Source: an uncultured Acidimicrobiia bacterium | Lineage (GTDB): Bacteria > Actinomycetota > Acidimicrobiia > Acidimicrobiales > SZUA-35 | Direction of reading: 5' to 3' | Assembly (NCBI GenBank): GCA_965530755.1 | Contig: CBESNA010000001.1 | Span: forward strand, 4,739 to 68,738 | Length of the DNA stretch: 64,000 nucleotides | Part shown: piece after piece, positions 36,945 through 47,169 of the stretch | How positions within the stretch are numbered: position 1 is the stretch's first letter | Layout of the letters: every line of letters begins with the position of its first letter | Notes under the pieces: model-generated | Seen by the model: the letters and a program-made list of their open reading frames with translations, nothing else | Told to the model about the DNA's origin: nothing | Database searches by the model: none | Program-made: the position numbers and the translations under genes

Positions 36945-38383
36945 GACAAGGCCCCTTGCGTCGGGAGGGACGTTTCGCCCCCAGGGCGAAACTCGTCGTT
37001 CGGCGACGCAGTCGCCGAAACCTTGGCCTCGAACTCGGCCCGGAATCGGCGGATGGCCGACGTGATCGGCGCCACCGATGACGGACCCAGCGGGCAGATG
37101 GTGGTCTGCTTCGGGGGGAACGGGACGGCCTCGAGACCAGCGTCGCCGAAGCTGGCGACGGGATAGTCGCCGGGACTGATGTTGCGACCGATGTCGAGCA
37201 GGAGGTCGATGTCCTCCGGCCGGCCGAGGCCGTCGTCGATGCGTTGGAGCACCTTCTCCTCCCAGCTGGTTCCCTCACGACAGGGCGTGCACTTGCCGCA
37301 GGATTCGCGGGCGTAGAAGCGAACGAGTCGGAGGGCTGCCTTCACCGCATCGGTGGTCTCATCCATCACCATGATCGCCCCAGACCCGAGCATCGATCCG
37401 GCCGGTCCGACCTCGGATGCCTCGATCTTGAGGTCGAGTTGATCCTCGAAGAACCATGGAGCCGATCCGCCACCGGGGACAAACGCCTTCAACGCGTGAT
37501 CGTCGGCGATGCCCTGACAGTAATTGTCATCGTGGAAGAGATCGCGGAATGTCGGGACACCTTGCTCGACCTCGTAGACGCCGGGTCGCTTGACGTGCCC
37601 GCTGATGGCCAACATGCGGGTACCGGGCGACTTCTCCGACCCGATCTTCTTGTACTCCTCGGCGCCGTGAACCATCAGCCAGGGCAGGTTGGCGAGGGTC
37701 TCGACGTTGTTCACGATCGTGGGCTTCATGTAGAGGCCCTTGGCCGCCGGGAAGAACGGCGGCTTGAGACGAGGCATGCCGCGGTTGCCCTCGAGCGACT
37801 CGATCAGCGCAGTCTCTTCACCGACGATGTAGGCACCGGCGCCCCAGTGCAGGACGACGTCGATCGAGACGTCGGTGCCGAGGATGTTCTTGCCGACGAA
37901 CCCGGCGGCGTAGGCGTCGTTGAGCGCCTGTGCGATGTTCTCCTGAGCCTGAGCCATCTCGCCCCGGACGTACAGGAAACACTGGTTCAGTCCGAGGGCA
38001 TAACAGGTGATGATGCACCCCTCGATGAGCTGGTGCGGATCGCGTTCCATCAGGAGGCGATCCTTGTAAGTGCCCGGCTCGGACTCGTCGCCGTTGACGA
38101 CGAGATACCTCGGCCAGATCGGGGGCATGAAGCCCCACTTGATGCCTGCTGGGAAGCCGGCGCCGCCGCGGCCGAGCAGGACGGCGTCCTTCACCTCGGC
38201 TGCGACCTCGGCGGGGGTGCGCCGAAGCGCGTTCTTCAGCCCGTCGTAGCCACCGGTGGCGAGCGCTCGCTCGAGCGTGTGACTGTCCTCGTAGCGGAAT
38301 CGACTGGTCACCACCTTCGGGCCTGCGTTGTCGACGTAGCCCGGCGCATGAGCGACGTAGTCGTTGGTGGGAGCGGCGCTCAC
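36941..38383 (-). CDS. nuoF: NADH-quinone oxidoreductase subunit F (cluster 2)
   Basis: FMN/NADH site GAGAYIVGEETALIESLEG and N3 cluster motif ESCGKCTPCREG. Confidence 0.93.
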   Translation of the reverse strand: MSAAPTNDYVAHAPGYVDNAGPKVVTSRFRYEDSHTLERALATGGYDGLKNALRRTPAEVAAEVKDAVLLGRGGAGFPAGIKWGFMPPIWPRYLVVNGDESEPGTYKDRLLMERDPHQLIEGCIITCYALGLNQCFLYVRGEMAQAQENIAQALNDAYAAGFVGKNILGTDVSIDVVLHWGAGAYIVGEETALIESLEGNRGMPRLKPPFFPAAKGLYMKPTIVNNVETLANLPWLMVHGAEEYKKIGSEKSPGTRMLAISGHVKRPGVYEVEQGVPTFRDLFHDDNYCQGIADDHALKAFVPGGGSAPWFFEDQLDLKIEASEVGPAGSMLGSGAIMVMDETTDAVKAALRLVRFYARESCGKCTPCREGTSWEEKVLQRIDDGLGRPEDIDLLLDIGRNISPGDYPVASFGDAGLEAVPFPPKQTTICPLGPSSVAPITSAIRRFRAEFEAKVSATASPNDEFRPGGETSLPTQGALS

Positions 38384-39003
38384 GAGACTTCCTCCGGGGC
38401 GGGTTGTCGGCTGGCGAACCAGGCCGGCGTGCCGGTGTCTTCAGGGGCGCCGATCCCGCCGAGACGGTCAGGGGTGATCGTCTGGCGAACCCGGGCAAGG
38501 GTGCCGTGTTCAGGGATGTCCGTACGCTTGCCGGCGCGAAGATCGTCGACGAGGACGTCGAAGTCGTTGTTACCGAGTCGGTACTCGTAGCGGTAGTTCA
38601 CCTGAAGGCAGGGCCCCTCGGTGCAGGCCGCTATGCACTCGACATCTTCGAGGGTGAACAAACCGTCTTCGGTGGTGCCGCCGGGGCGAACACCGAGCTT
38701 CTGCTCGGCGTGATGCAGCAGTTCCTCTGCGCCGACGAGCTGGCATGACAGGTTCGTGCAGATGTCGATCTTGTACGTTCCGACCGGGTGGGTGACGAAC
38801 ATCTCGTAGAAGCTGCAGGTTCCCATGACCTCGGCCGGCGTGACGCCGACCAAATCGGCCAGGTGCTCCATGGCGTCTGCCGCGACGTAGCCGTCCTGTT
38901 CCTGCGCCAGGTGGAGCAGCGGAATAAGTGCGGACTTCTTGCGCGGATATCGAGCGATGATGTCGTGCGCAATCGCTTCGTTCTCAGGGGACAGTCGACT
39001 CAC
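38380..39003 (-). CDS. nuoE: NADH-quinone oxidoreductase subunit E (cluster 2)
   Basis: Thioredoxin-like 2Fe-2S subunit (CTNLSCQL, ECIAACTEGPCLQVN). Confidence 0.9.
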   Translation of the reverse strand: MSRLSPENEAIAHDIIARYPRKKSALIPLLHLAQEQDGYVAADAMEHLADLVGVTPAEVMGTCSFYEMFVTHPVGTYKIDICTNLSCQLVGAEELLHHAEQKLGVRPGGTTEDGLFTLEDVECIAACTEGPCLQVNYRYEYRLGNNDFDVLVDDLRAGKRTDIPEHGTLARVRQTITPDRLGGIGAPEDTGTPAWFASRQPAPEEVS

Positions 39004-39006
39004 GGG

Positions 39007-40362
39007 TTACCTGTCTACTTCGCCGAGGATGGGATCGACACTGCTGATCACGGCCACCGCATCGGCGAGGAGCGAGTCGGCCATCATGTGCGACATGGTC
39101 TGGAGGTTCACGAAACTCGGGCCCCGGATGTGCATGCGATATGGCTTCGAGGAGCCATCGGACACGATGTAGCAACCGAGCTCGCCGCGGGGTGACTCGA
39201 CGGCAACGTAGGTCTCGCCTTCCGGCACCTTGAAACCCTCGGTGAAGATCTTGAAGTGATGGATGAGGGCCTCCATCGATTCGTCGATCCTGGCCCGGGG
39301 TGGCGGGGTTACCTTGGTGTCCTGCACGCGATAGTCGCCGCGCGGCATCTTGTCGACGATCTGGTGAACGATCTTGATCGACTCCCGAATCTCGTTGAGC
39401 CGGATGGCGTAGCGGTCGAAGCAGTCGCCATAGGAGCCGACGACCACGTCGAAATCGACTTGGTCGTAGGCGAGGTAGGGCTCGTCGCGACGCAGATCCC
39501 ACGGAACGCCGGCACTACGCAGCACCGGACCGGTGGCAGAGAGGGCGATGGCCTCCTCGGCGGTCATCGTGCCGACCCCTTGCAACCGATCTCGCCAGAT
39601 CGGTTGACCGGTCATCAGGATGTCGTACTCCTCGAGACGAGGCGGCAGCATGTCCATCAGCGCCAGCACTTCGTCACGCCAGCCGTCCGGCAGGTCGGCA
39701 GCGACACCACCGGGCCGGATGTAGTTGTGGTTCATGCGCAGGCCGGTGACCATCTCGAAGAACCGCAGCACCTGTTCGCGCTCGCGCCAGCCGTAGATCA
39801 TCATCGATACGGCACCGAGGTCCATGCCGTTGGTCGCCATGAAGAGCAGATGCGACGAGATGCGGTTCATCTCGCTCATGAGCATGCGGATCCAAGTGGC
39901 CCGCTCCGGGATCTCGACGCCGAGAAGGTCCTCGACGGCCAAGGAGAACACCAGCTCGTTGAAGAACGGAGAGGCGTAGTCCATTCGGGTGACGTTGGTC
40001 GGGCCCTGGAGGTAGGTCAGGCTCTCGGCCTGCTTCTCCATGCCGGTGTGGAGGTAACCCATGATGGGTTTGGACCGCCGAACCGTTTCGCCATCGAGTT
40101 CCAGCATCAGACGGAGGACACCATGTGTCGACGGGTGTGAGGGCCCCATGTTGACGAGCATGGTCTGCTCGCCCTCGCCGGCGATCGGCCGATCGCTGAG
40201 CTCGGCAGCCTCGACTTCTGACATTCGGAGGACAGCGTTGGACCGGGGAAGCTTGTCGAGCTGGGTGAGCAGGCCGTTCTCGTCAACGGTCAGAACATGG
40301 CCGTTCACGGTGATCGTCGAAGGGGTGAGCTCGGTGTCGGGGGTGGGGTCAGTGACGGTCAT
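39007..40362 (-). CDS. nuoD: NADH-quinone oxidoreductase subunit D (cluster 2)
   Basis: NMGPSHPSTHGVLRLML motif. 451 aa with an N-terminal extension. Confidence 0.92.
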   Translation of the reverse strand: MTVTDPTPDTELTPSTITVNGHVLTVDENGLLTQLDKLPRSNAVLRMSEVEAAELSDRPIAGEGEQTMLVNMGPSHPSTHGVLRLMLELDGETVRRSKPIMGYLHTGMEKQAESLTYLQGPTNVTRMDYASPFFNELVFSLAVEDLLGVEIPERATWIRMLMSEMNRISSHLLFMATNGMDLGAVSMMIYGWREREQVLRFFEMVTGLRMNHNYIRPGGVAADLPDGWRDEVLALMDMLPPRLEEYDILMTGQPIWRDRLQGVGTMTAEEAIALSATGPVLRSAGVPWDLRRDEPYLAYDQVDFDVVVGSYGDCFDRYAIRLNEIRESIKIVHQIVDKMPRGDYRVQDTKVTPPPRARIDESMEALIHHFKIFTEGFKVPEGETYVAVESPRGELGCYIVSDGSSKPYRMHIRGPSFVNLQTMSHMMADSLLADAVAVISSVDPILGEVDR

Positions 40363-40372
40363 GGATGAGTCC

Positions 40373-40900
40373 TCAGCGTGAAGCCGGTGCGCCCTTGAAC
40401 TGCACGGGGATGGCGCCGGTGGCGTAGTCCTTGCGGAGGGGATGACCCTCCCAGTGCTCCGGCATCATGATGCGCGACAGGTCAGGATGACCCTCGAACA
40501 CGATGCCCATGAGGTCGTACACCTCACGTTCGAGCGCATCGGACCCCGGATAGATCGAGTAGAGCGAGCCGATGATGGGATCCGATGCGGGCACCTGGAT
40601 TCGCGCCCGGATCCGTTCGCGGCGCTCGTGAGAGATGAAACCGGCGACGACCTCGAAACGCTCTGCCTGGACGCCGACCGGCACGCGTCGGTGGCCTCCG
40701 AAGCTGAGGAAATCAACGGCGGTGACGTCGACACACATGTTGAATCCGTCCGCCAGCAGCGACGAAGCAACCTCGAGCCACTGTTCGCGAGCAGGATGGA
40801 TCACTCGTTGCGCTCTCGACCAGCTGACCGGACACCCGTAGGCGGATTCAGGTTCGATGGCGACTGGTGGTTCCACCGATTCGTCTGGGGCGTCGCTCAT
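40373..40900 (-). CDS. nuoC: NADH-quinone oxidoreductase subunit C (cluster 2)
   Basis: [29 protein letters not shown], the NuoC core. Confidence 0.9.
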   Translation of the reverse strand: MSDAPDESVEPPVAIEPESAYGCPVSWSRAQRVIHPAREQWLEVASSLLADGFNMCVDVTAVDFLSFGGHRRVPVGVQAERFEVVAGFISHERRERIRARIQVPASDPIIGSLYSIYPGSDALEREVYDLMGIVFEGHPDLSRIMMPEHWEGHPLRKDYATGAIPVQFKGAPASR

Positions 40901-41487
40901 GCCGATCGACCGACAGTGAGCAAGGTGGTTTCGCCCTGGCCGTCACGCTGCTCGATGATGATCCCGGCTCCGCTGCCGGACACACCGCGTCTGCGCATGA
41001 TCTCGCCGGTCTCGATCTGGTGGTGGAGGGTCTCGATGGCGTGGAGAAGGGTCTCCGGGCCGGGCGGGCAGCCAGGTGCGTACACGTCGACGGGCACGAC
41101 CTGATCGACACCCTGGACGATCGCGTAATTGTTGAACATGCCGCCGCTCGACGCGCAGACACCCATGGATATGACCCACTTGGGCTCCATCATCTGGTCG
41201 TAGATCTGGCGGAGGACCGGTGCCATCTTCTGGCTGACCCGACCAGCGACGATCATGATGTCCGCCTGGCGCGGCGATGCCCGGAAGACTTCCATGCCGA
41301 GCCGAGCCATGTCGTAGTGAGATCCACCAGTGGCCATCATCTCGATGGCGCAACACGCCAAACCGAAAGTGGCGGGCCACGACGAACGCGAGCGGGACCA
41401 TCGAACCAGATTTTCGAGTTGACCCGTGACGATGTTGTGGTCGAGCCCACCCAGGCCGTCGTCCTGGATGTCGGTGATCAGACCCAT
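40897..41487 (-). CDS. nuoB: NADH-quinone oxidoreductase subunit B (cluster 2)
   Basis: [19 protein letters not shown] and APGCPP motifs. ATG 41487 overlaps the nuoA stop (TGATG). The upstream part of ORF 40897..41892 was rejected. Confidence 0.92.
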   Translation of the reverse strand: MGLITDIQDDGLGGLDHNIVTGQLENLVRWSRSRSSWPATFGLACCAIEMMATGGSHYDMARLGMEVFRASPRQADIMIVAGRVSQKMAPVLRQIYDQMMEPKWVISMGVCASSGGMFNNYAIVQGVDQVVPVDVYAPGCPPGPETLLHAIETLHHQIETGEIMRRRGVSGSGAGIIIEQRDGQGETTLLTVGRSA

Positions 41488-42017
41488 CAGGAACCTCCGC
41501 TGGGTTCGAGCGTGCGAATCGGGTCGGGATGACCGGCAGACTCGCGTCCGGGTCCGGCAGTGAACGTCTGGTCGAAGCGACCGTCGAGACCGACACGGCG
41601 GATGGTCGACGATGAGGTGCGGTGCGCACCCACCGCTTCCGGCTGGCGACGATTGACCTGGAGCGAGCCCCAGTCGAGGGCTCCCTTGGAGATCAGGTAG
41701 AGGAACGACTCGAACACCAGCGCCGAGAACAAGAGGATGGCGACGAGCCCGAAGAGACCGAGTTCGCGGTGCGCCATGGCGTACGGGTAGAGGAAGATGA
41801 TCTCGATGTCGAACACGATGAAGAGCATCGCGACGAGGTAGAAGCGCACCGGGAACCGCTGCGGAGGTTCGCGGCCGGGGATGATGCCGCACTCGTACGG
41901 CGCGTACTTGGCCTCGGTTGCTCGGTTCGGAGCCAACAGCTTCGACGCGACGAGGCTGACGGCCGCGAAGAGGGCGGCGAGGACCAGTAGCGCCGCAATC
42001 GGTAGGTACTGGGCCAT
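41487..42017 (-). CDS. nuoA: NADH-quinone oxidoreductase subunit A (cluster 2), with a ~55-aa C-terminal extension
   Basis: KYAPYECGI and [11 protein letters not shown] motifs. Confidence 0.9.
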   Translation of the reverse strand: MAQYLPIAALLVLAALFAAVSLVASKLLAPNRATEAKYAPYECGIIPGREPPQRFPVRFYLVAMLFIVFDIEIIFLYPYAMAHRELGLFGLVAILLFSALVFESFLYLISKGALDWGSLQVNRRQPEAVGAHRTSSSTIRRVGLDGRFDQTFTAGPGRESAGHPDPIRTLEPSGGS

Positions 42018-42062
42018 GAGAGTTCCTTCCGAGCGGTCAGGCGACCGCGGCCAGCTGGGCGA

Positions 42063-43043
42063 TCATGCGACCGCAGCGCGAATGTTCTGTTCTCGACGGT
42101 CCCGGATGTGCATCATCCATGAGACCACGGCGAACAGAATGCCATTGAAGATGGCAAAGAGTGCGGGAACGACGCGTTGTCCTCCGACGAGCGCAGGGAT
42201 CGGCCCCCCGCGGTCACGCTCGAGCACCACGCTGATTGTGCTCTTGGTTGGATCGGCGGTGGCGACGGGGGGCGGTTCGCCTGGCAACGTCGGCTCGTCG
42301 ACCACACCCTGGAACTGGACGACCACGAGCTCCTGGGGATGCCAGAAGTGGATGAACGTGGTGTCGAACTTGTGCAGCAGACGGGCCGGGAGGTCGGTGA
42401 ACGACTCCACCCAGGCCGACTTTCCGGGATCGTCGGCGACGATGTCCGGATCGAGGCGCGGTTTACCGCCGATGTTGTAGGCGTCGAAGGTGAGGGGCAC
42501 GAACTCGGCCGTACTGGCGAAGACGCCCTCCTCGATCAAGAACTCCTCCGCCGTTGCCGTGGCCTCGCCGCGTTGCGGGTCGGAGGTGGCGAGGTAACGC
42601 CAATCGGCGAGCAGCTGCGGGTTGGCCCGAGAGATCTCGACGGCGTCAGCCTGACGAAGGTCGGGGTCATCGGACGAGACTGCTTCACCAAGATCGAAAG
42701 CCTCGATGGCCAGTCCGAGCTCTTGAACGCGCTCGTCCTCGGCGAACACGAGTCCATCGGCATCGCGAGCGGGATTGTCACCGTTGATCTCGACCAGCGC
42801 CCACGATTCACCTTCGCCCCGCCAACCAATGGCATAGATAGTCCAGACGACACCCATCAGGAACAGCCAGCCGAACAACTGACCGGCCGTGATGAGGGCA
42901 CCGAGGCGAGAGCCGCTGTTGCTGGCGACCAGGAGATACGAGCCCCCGATGAGGACCACCACGCCGACCAACACACTGAGCAGACCACGGAAGAACGGAT
43001 CGAATCCGACGCCGCCGATGAATCCAAGAGAAACTGCAAGCAT
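42063..43043 (-). CDS. Orphan membrane protein (3 N-terminal TM, ~200-aa acidic extracytoplasmic-looking domain, C-terminal TM), last gene of the Rieske/cyt b module
   Basis: ATG 43043 overlaps the cytochrome c stop (TGATG). I recognise no family. Hydrophobic segments include LLSVLVGVVVLIGGSYLLV, LFGWLFLMGVVWTIYAIGW and VVPALFAIFNGILFAVVSWMM. Confidence 0.6.
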   Translation of the reverse strand: MLAVSLGFIGGVGFDPFFRGLLSVLVGVVVLIGGSYLLVASNSGSRLGALITAGQLFGWLFLMGVVWTIYAIGWRGEGESWALVEINGDNPARDADGLVFAEDERVQELGLAIEAFDLGEAVSSDDPDLRQADAVEISRANPQLLADWRYLATSDPQRGEATATAEEFLIEEGVFASTAEFVPLTFDAYNIGGKPRLDPDIVADDPGKSAWVESFTDLPARLLHKFDTTFIHFWHPQELVVVQFQGVVDEPTLPGEPPPVATADPTKSTISVVLERDRGGPIPALVGGQRVVPALFAIFNGILFAVVSWMMHIRDRREQNIRAAVA

Positions 43044-44578
43044 CAGAGACCTCGCTCGTAGTCGACGACTGCCTGGATGTATTCCGGAGGCAGCAAGGCA
43101 CCAAAGCCCGGCATCATGCCGGCTGAACTCTGACCGCCTCGGCCGAAGCCGCGGCCGGCCTCGGCGCCGCTGTAGATGAAGTTGTACTGGGCGTAGCTGG
43201 TGCGCTCGGGCATGTCGACCACCGTGCAATCGTCACCGAGACGGCCGTCGCTCAAAGCGATCACCGTGCCGGTCAGGTCGGACTCGGTGAGTTCGACCGG
43301 TGCGATGAACTCGCCGTTGTCGTCGAGCTCGAACACGTGGTCGAAGGCGAACGGATACGACTCGCCGCCGTCGGGCTCCCACAGATTCGAGACCGTGGCG
43401 CAGTCGGCGAGGTCGCCGTTGTCGAGGATTCGGTAGAACTCGTCGGTGCCATCTGGATTCTGCTGACCGGTGATGGGGCTACCGCGATCGTCGAGACGAA
43501 TCTCGGTGCCGTCCATGGCGAGGTAGTAGAAACCGTCGTCGTCGGCCAGTCCACCCTCCGGAGCCCAGGTGCCATCCGGCAGCTTCCAGGCGTCATCGGG
43601 GAAGTGCTGGTCGACGCCACCACACAGGTTCCAGCCGATGCCGGAGGGGTTGCCACCACCGCAGGCAGCAACGCCGTCGGAGAGCGGGTCGCCTCCGGGG
43701 TGCGGCACGTTCGGTCCGAGGGACCAACCAGCGGTGTGACAGCGTGCGCAGCTCAGCGAGCCGGCCTGGAAACTCGAGTAGTAACCGAGGTTGAACACGG
43801 CTTCACCGACGGAGTCGAATTCGCCGTCTGCCATGGACCGCTCGACCTCTTTGACGATCGCGGCCGCCTGCTTGTCGGCGGCTTCCTGCGCGGCTTCGGG
43901 ATCAGCAGACTCGTTGATGGTGATCGGATCGAGCGACTGGACCTGGAACAGATCGATGTATTCCTGGACGTTCTGGACCTGCTGAGTGGTGAGCGGACCA
44001 CCGCCAGGGGTGCCCCATGCTGCCATCGGCGAACCGGGGCGGCCGTAGTTCAGGATGTAGGTGACCTCTTCCTCGGAGTAGCGGAGGAAGACGTTGTTGA
44101 GCGCCGGCGCGGTCCACGCCGCATTGGCGAGGAACTGGCCGTCTTGATCCTGCAGCACGTAGGCGGCGACGCCGCCGACGCCGCCGGCGGCGTGGCAGTT
44201 CACGCACTGCGCGGTTTCGATGTAGACACCCTCGCCGCGTGATTCGAAGTTGAGCTGATACGCGTCGACCGCGCCGTCTTGTCGACCTGGCTCAGCGAGC
44301 CAGTAGAACGGCAGGGCGAGGGCCAGCAGACCGAGCGTGACCAATGCGAAACCGAGAGACCAATCGAGCTTCTTGCCCTCGAGTTCTTCATCGTCGAGGT
44401 AGGGCTTCTTGTTCGCCGCCAACTCGATCTCCGAACCGAGCTCGGGGCGAGCCTGGAACGAGTTTCGAATGAACAGGAGAACGAAGCCGGCCAGAACGAC
44501 CACAGCGACGGTCAAACCGATGGCGCGGAAATCTGCGGCGAAAACCGCAGTTGTAGCAAACACAGGGGCAGAACTCAT
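43043..44578 (-). CDS. Membrane-anchored di-haem c-type cytochrome (QcrC-like), with a large insertion in the second haem domain
   Basis: Two CxxCH motifs (CVNCH, CARCH). Candidate Met ligands are GSPMAAWG and AGMMPGFG. Two N-terminal TM segments. One-nt overlap with the Rieske stop. Confidence 0.85.
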   Translation of the reverse strand: MSSAPVFATTAVFAADFRAIGLTVAVVVLAGFVLLFIRNSFQARPELGSEIELAANKKPYLDDEELEGKKLDWSLGFALVTLGLLALALPFYWLAEPGRQDGAVDAYQLNFESRGEGVYIETAQCVNCHAAGGVGGVAAYVLQDQDGQFLANAAWTAPALNNVFLRYSEEEVTYILNYGRPGSPMAAWGTPGGGPLTTQQVQNVQEYIDLFQVQSLDPITINESADPEAAQEAADKQAAAIVKEVERSMADGEFDSVGEAVFNLGYYSSFQAGSLSCARCHTAGWSLGPNVPHPGGDPLSDGVAACGGGNPSGIGWNLCGGVDQHFPDDAWKLPDGTWAPEGGLADDDGFYYLAMDGTEIRLDDRGSPITGQQNPDGTDEFYRILDNGDLADCATVSNLWEPDGGESYPFAFDHVFELDDNGEFIAPVELTESDLTGTVIALSDGRLGDDCTVVDMPERTSYAQYNFIYSGAEAGRGFGRGGQSSAGMMPGFGALLPPEYIQAVVDYERGL

Positions 44579-45447
44579 CAGTGACTCGCTGCTCCGATGC
44601 AGTTGGGACCCTCGGCCTCTTGGCCGGTGGTGTTGGTGCCGATCGCCGGACCCTGAATCACGGTGCCGGTGTCGACCTCGAGCTCATTGGCCGCATTGAC
44701 TACCATCGGGAAGCGGTCCATGCCGCGTGGGGCGGGGCCGCCCTTCTTCTCGCCGACCCGGTTGTACTGGGAGCCGTGGCAGGGACATTCGAACCACTGA
44801 GAAGTCTGACAGTCGGGCACACGGCAACCGAGGTGCGGGCAGGTCTGGTAGAGGGCCACGACCCCGGCGCGAAGACCAGCCTCGACCTGGGGGAAGAAGC
44901 CGTAGCCAGTGACCGCCTTCTCGATCGCATCGTGGGGGTACTCGGTCACCCACATACGACCCTCGGGGACGTAGAGGAAGCCACCGCCGGCCTTGATGGA
45001 GGCCTGGATGTCGCTGATGCGTCCGACGTTGATGATCGAACCGAATCCGCTCGAGCCCTGCGGCCACAAAAAGGCAATACACGCTGCGCCGAAGCTGGTG
45101 AGTCCGAGACCGAACGTGGCGACGATGCCCCGGTTCAAGAACTGGCGACGGGCGACACCGATGGTCTCAGGGTCCGGGGGAACGTAGGCGACGGGGGCGA
45201 CGCTGCCGGCCGCGACGAGCGCTCCGGAACGTTCGACACGGGCCGCGGCTTCGACTGCCTTGCCGCTGACGACCAGCTCGGGCTCCTCGGCGCCGACAGG
45301 AGAGATCGTTGCCGCGCGGTCGCGCTTGACGGTCTCTCCCGACAACTGCCCAATGGCAGACGCCGAATCACGATTTCGGAACGTTGCTGCGATCGCGAAC
45401 AGAGCGATGGCGGCCAGTACAGCGACAGCGATGATCAAACCAGTCAT
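44578..45447 (-). CDS. qcrA: Rieske [2Fe-2S] subunit of a menaquinol:cytochrome c reductase
   Basis: CPHLGC and CPCHGS boxes. An internal twin-arginine segment (ARRQFLNRG) precedes a TM helix. Confidence 0.9.
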   Translation of the reverse strand: MTGLIIAVAVLAAIALFAIAATFRNRDSASAIGQLSGETVKRDRAATISPVGAEEPELVVSGKAVEAAARVERSGALVAAGSVAPVAYVPPDPETIGVARRQFLNRGIVATFGLGLTSFGAACIAFLWPQGSSGFGSIINVGRISDIQASIKAGGGFLYVPEGRMWVTEYPHDAIEKAVTGYGFFPQVEAGLRAGVVALYQTCPHLGCRVPDCQTSQWFECPCHGSQYNRVGEKKGGPAPRGMDRFPMVVNAANELEVDTGTVIQGPAIGTNTTGQEAEGPNCIGAASH

Positions 45448-45460
45448 GTGCGATTCCTCT

Positions 45461-46234
45461 CTAGAGCTCGAAGAACAGGCCGTCGGCCCATGGGAAGACG
45501 AAGTTGAAGCCAGGGCCTCGGAAGAACGAGCCGATCATGGTGAGCACGGCCCAGAACATCAAGAACATGGTGAACAAGCTGACCGCAAACTTGCGATCCT
45601 CGGGTTTGTTCGATGGATTGCGGTCGATGTATGGCGCCATCGTCAAGATGATGAGGCCGATGCCGGGAATCGTCACGCCGGCGACCATCGGGTGGAACAT
45701 GGTGAGCAGTTCCTGGAGGCCGAGGAAATACCACGGCGCCTTCGAGGGATTCGGGGTGGCGTTCACGTTCGCCAATTCGAGCAGCGGAGCGTTCACGAAG
45801 ATCGAGAAGAACGTGAGGAAGACGGTGACGGCGAGGGCGGCACCGAACTCGACCACGATCAGGTGCGGCCAAGTGTGAACCTTGTCGAGCGGCTTGGACT
45901 TGATGTCCTGGATCGACCCGGACTTGACCACCGTGAGCAGGCGCTGGGTGTGTCCGGCGGGTCCGGTCATGGCTGGAACATCGGCGACCGCAGTTGCCGC
46001 CGCGACAGCGGTCCCGACGCCACCACCGGCGGGAGCGACTGCTGCCTCGGAGCCCTTCTGCTTGGCCGACTTCGAGCGCTGCAGGAGGTGGGCGGGGATC
46101 TTGCTGGCCGCCGGGTCGGTCGAGGCCGACTCGGCTGCCTCCGAGGCAGCCGGAGCAGCAGCTTCCGCCGCGCCTTCGGCCTTCTTGCGAGCCTCCTCGG
46201 CCCGCTTGCGGAGATGTTCGGGGATTTCGGTCAT
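45461..46234 (-). CDS. Cytochrome b C-terminal-domain protein (b6f subunit IV-like), with a ~115-aa Ala/Lys-rich N-terminal extension
   Basis: PEWY-type Qo motif region (APWYFLGLQELL) and 3 TM segments. The extension carries two IPxHLxxR motifs. Confidence 0.85.
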   Translation of the reverse strand: MTEIPEHLRKRAEEARKKAEGAAEAAAPAASEAAESASTDPAASKIPAHLLQRSKSAKQKGSEAAVAPAGGGVGTAVAAATAVADVPAMTGPAGHTQRLLTVVKSGSIQDIKSKPLDKVHTWPHLIVVEFGAALAVTVFLTFFSIFVNAPLLELANVNATPNPSKAPWYFLGLQELLTMFHPMVAGVTIPGIGLIILTMAPYIDRNPSNKPEDRKFAVSLFTMFLMFWAVLTMIGSFFRGPGFNFVFPWADGLFFEL

Positions 46235-46315
46235 TGCAGATCCTGTCCGGGGAGTCCTGTGAAGGAGGAGGGTCGGAAGACGAGGGGAAACGAGAAGACG
46301 TAGATCGTGATCGGC

Positions 46316-47107
46316 CTAGAGCGGCCCGGAGATGCCGCCGTCTTTCCTGACCCTCCAGAAGTGGATGGCCATGAAGATGACGGTGACGAAGGGTAGGAGC
46401 AGTACGTGCAGCACGTACCAACGCAACAACGTGTCGGTGCCGATGACCTTGCCACCCAGCAGCACGAACCGGACCTGGTCACCGAACACAGGGGTGTACC
46501 CCATCATGTTGGTACCGACGGTGACCGCCCACAAGGCGAGCTGATCCCACGGAAGCAGATAGCCGGTGAAGGACAGCAGCAGCGTCATCTGGAGGAGGAT
46601 CGTGCCGATGACCCAGTTGAACTCACGCGGCGCCTTGTAAGCCCCGTGGTAGAACACGCGGGCCATGTGAAGGAACACCGAGAGCACCATCAGATGGGCG
46701 CCCCATCGGTGCATGTTCCGAACGAGTAGACCGAAGGTGACCGAGGTCTGCAGCGTGTAGATGTCCTGCCACGCTGCGGCTGCGGTCGGCCGGTAGAAGA
46801 ACATCAAGAAGATGCCGGTGACGGTGAGGATGATGAAGAGGAAGAAGCTGAGCCCGCCGAGACACAGGGTGTAGCTCACCTTGACCGCGTGGCGCTTCAC
46901 CTTCACAGGGTGCAGGTGGTACAGCACCGAGTTCATGATCACGTATGACCGGTTCCTAGGGCTGTCGGTGTAGCCCTTGCGGAAGACCGAGCCGGGCCGG
47001 AAGATCGAGTTCCAGACCTGTGAGCTCTGGACCGAGTCGCTGGCGGTCGCCGCCGATGCCGCGGCACGCTCGGCGAGCGTGGGCTTGTCCTGAATCGACT
47101 TTGCCAT
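46316..47107 (-). CDS. qcrB: Cytochrome b6-type (N-terminal domain only) cytochrome b
   Basis: Paired haem-ligand histidines (RNMHRWGAHLM, WYVLHVLLLPFVTVIFMAIHFW). Ends in GGISGPL like Bacillus QcrB / cytochrome b6. Confidence 0.9.
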   Translation of the reverse strand: MAKSIQDKPTLAERAAASAATASDSVQSSQVWNSIFRPGSVFRKGYTDSPRNRSYVIMNSVLYHLHPVKVKRHAVKVSYTLCLGGLSFFLFIILTVTGIFLMFFYRPTAAAAWQDIYTLQTSVTFGLLVRNMHRWGAHLMVLSVFLHMARVFYHGAYKAPREFNWVIGTILLQMTLLLSFTGYLLPWDQLALWAVTVGTNMMGYTPVFGDQVRFVLLGGKVIGTDTLLRWYVLHVLLLPFVTVIFMAIHFWRVRKDGGISGPL

Positions 47108-47169
47108 GAGTTGAGAGTTCCTCGAGTTGCGGGGGTCGAGATCGACCGGAAATCGGTGTGACGGGGAGC

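Noticed and set aside
40897-41892. Extended ORF-track versions of real genes, such as nuoB2 at 331 aa, nuoM2 at 696 aa, nuoK1 at 266 aa, dusB at 484 aa, 57794..59569 at 591 aa and 42063..43229 at 388 aa
   Set aside because: The N-terminal extensions overlap the preceding gene, are Arg/Pro-rich nonsense, and ignore internal starts that give canonical N-termini with start/stop overlaps. All were trimmed to the internal starts.
46255-46270. TGTGAA half-site between the cytochrome b6 and subunit IV genes
   Set aside because: A single hexamer with no palindromic partner is expected by chance.
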